Assembly (NCBI GenBank): GCA_965113315.1
Contig: OZ220364.1
Length of the DNA: 64,000 nucleotides
Source of the DNA: Podarcis vaucheri
Taxonomy: Eukaryota
Direction: 5' to 3' (one strand)
The translations under genes and the position numbers were made by a program. Positions within the stretch are counted from its first letter, which is position 1, and each line of letters begins with the position of its first letter. This document shows positions 61,989-64,000 of this stretch, one piece after another. A model generated the notes under the pieces. That model had not been told where the DNA came from, ran no database searches, and saw nothing but the letters and a program-made list of their open reading frames with translations.

Positions 61989-63186
61989 TATAGAAACGAC
62001 CTTTGCAAAAATTACACACTCTGGAAAACTGGGCCCTAATTTCCTGATAACACCAAGGTTTCCACTTGTTAGGAAAGCCAGATTGCACGTAAAGAGGAAG
62101 CTGATAATTGCAGTGTTTCCACTTTCCTCCTGATCTCCATTCAGTTTTTATCACACAGTTTGGCTTACTGTAGAGAGTTTGGAAAAAGAGGTCTACTAAA
62201 AATAAAGAGGTGTTTGATAACACATGTTTTGATGAATCATCTACGAATCATTTGTGGGAGACGCTGAAATTAGACAAAACACCAGAAAATATGTTGTGGC
62301 ATTCCATCTTGCCTTGGTAGGGGACATACAGACAGAGTAGTAAACCAACAGGAATTTGCTATTAGTAACTTGGTTTCTGTCATTTGCATAATAGCAAAAT
62401 GTAATAATTGTTTCCCACAATTACATATACTAAAAATTATGGTGAAAATCAAGTGGTTTTTTCCCCCCATGACAAGTTCATAAAGACATTTTAGTTAAAA
62501 ATTATTCTCAATTTTCACAAAACCTAGCTAGCAGACCCACAACAAGCAACAAAGAAAATGAACAATGAATTCTAGGAGTCAAAAAATTATAGAACACCAT
62601 ACCATGTGGAGTGGTTATGTCTCATTTCATTAACTAATCTTCCTGTGAAAAGGGATTGGCTTAAAGGATATTTTGAAGAAGGCTGGACAATTCTTCCTCA
62701 TTCATAGTTGTTCTTACGAATTGCTTTGCAAAGCACTTGGGAGCTTTTTAGCATTTCCAAGTGTCTGATGCTGAAATAGTATTTCTGTCATTTCCATTAA
62801 TGTAAGCATTTTAAAAATTAGTTTACTTTTCTGTAAAGCAATCTGACATGAAAAAGAATTGGGTTGCTGAATGAAGAATATGGCATTATAGGGCAGGAGT
62901 TCAAAGTATTGTATGTTAAGTCTCAGAAACTAAACTGGAATTTTAAATGTGACTATGGCTTTTTCCTGAAGGGTTGGGAAAATCCCAAACATGCTCACTT
63001 AAGCTGCAATTCTATACCCATTTACCTTCGTAAGTGGGGCCTACTTCTGAGTAAACATATAAGATTGTGTTGTCAGTGCAGTGCACCAAGATAGCACAAG
63101 CAAAATAATACCCACATTTACATCCTGCACGTGCTTGCCTGACGTATGCAAGGATGTAGAGGCTACATACAGGCTGCATACAGTAA

Positions 63187-63324
63187 CAGACCCTCCAAGT
63201 GTCTCTATTTTCCAGAGACAGTCCTGGATTTACTGAAGCCATCCCAGTTTCTGATTTGATCAGAGAATGTCCTGCTTTTCCTTAAGATGTCTCTATTTTC
63301 ATCAGAGAAATGTTGGAGTGTATG
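63187..63324 (+). mobile_element. Small MITE
   Basis: cagaccctccaa / ttggagtgtatg ends; homologous to 41453-41747. Confidence 0.7.
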
Positions 63325-63382
63325 CATTAAAGGTTGTAGCACATGACAACAAAAGTACAGAAGGCAGCTAAATTCTTCTGTT

Positions 63383-63920
63383 TGGCCTTCTCAGTAGTGA
63401 CACCCTCCCTGTGGAACCCCCTCCCTTCAGATGTCAAGGAGATAAAGAACTACATAAGGAAGACATCTGAAGGCAGCTCTGTATAGGAAGTTTTTTAATT
63501 TTTGATGTTTTACTATGCTTTCATACAGTGCTTTTTCTGGGGGTATGCAGGGGTACGCATACCCCTAACCATTTTGTGAATCTAACGGGAGAAGAAACTA
63601 AAATATTTTTTTTAAAAAAAGTTTCTTCTCTAGCACAGTGAATAGTCAGTTCCGTTGCTGCCCCCAATGGCGGCCTCATTTCCTGTCATGGTCTCAGACG
63701 GAAGCAAGCGTTTAATGTGTGAAGTAGGAGTTGGAATCTAGCATGGTGATTGGTCAGTTCCATTGTTACCACCTCCGATGGCGGCTTCATTTACTTTCCT
63801 GGTGATTTTCTTGAGTCAAAATGAGAGTACCCCTAAACATTTTTTTAGAAAAAAAGCACTGCTTTCATATATGCTGTAAACTGCCTAGACTGGGTGGGGT
63901 ATAACAACAACAACAAAAAC
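63383..63920 (+). mobile_element. L2 3' fragment interrupted by a hAT MITE
   Basis: ggccttctcagtagtg...ctgtggaac...gaagacatctgaaggcagc; resumes after 63861. Confidence 0.7.
63526..63861. mobile_element. hAT MITE, 336 bp
   Basis: TIR cagtgctttttct / agaaaaaaagcactg; perfect TSD CTTTCATA. Confidence 0.9.
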
Positions 63921-64000
63921 AACTTCTATAGGGAAAACCTTATGTGTAGATATCCCTTTGGTCCCAATTCTTTTAGTGTTGACTCTGGAATAAGTGTAGT

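Noticed and set aside
40000-64000. Exons of a neighbouring gene (e.g. DPYSL3)
   Set aside because: No recognisable coding exon or CpG-island promoter found

Overview
Vertebrate genomic DNA, not prokaryotic. The repeat content (Sauria/Squam1, Squam3 and POM/Squam2-like SINEs, CR1, L2, RTE, L1, many hAT and Tc1/mariner MITEs) points to a squamate, most likely a lacertid lizard (inference). The + strand carries the 3' part of JAKMIP2 as 19 coding exons (5861-31316, 777 codons plus stop), all with GT-AG junctions and phase-0 introns. The first ~43 codons lie upstream of the window. The last coding exon is a cassette encoding a hydrophobic tail anchor; it is followed by a terminal exon from 32401 with a ~7 kb, nearly repeat-free 3'UTR (polyA signals ~39.5-39.75 kb). 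40-64 kb is TE-rich intergenic DNA with no supportable host gene. I found no wholly new gene system. The best leads are: two AG|GT recursive-splice-like sites in JAKMIP2 (one is the TM exon, which is itself a polypyrimidine tract); a probable ~1 kb inversion marked by a 47/48-nt inverted duplication of an old SINE core; a young hAT MITE family carrying TTAGGG motifs; an L1 inserted in a MITE with an 18-bp TSD; an internally inverted MITE; and a ~180-nt hairpin in the 3'UTR. Family names and orthologue comparisons are from recall, not database searches.
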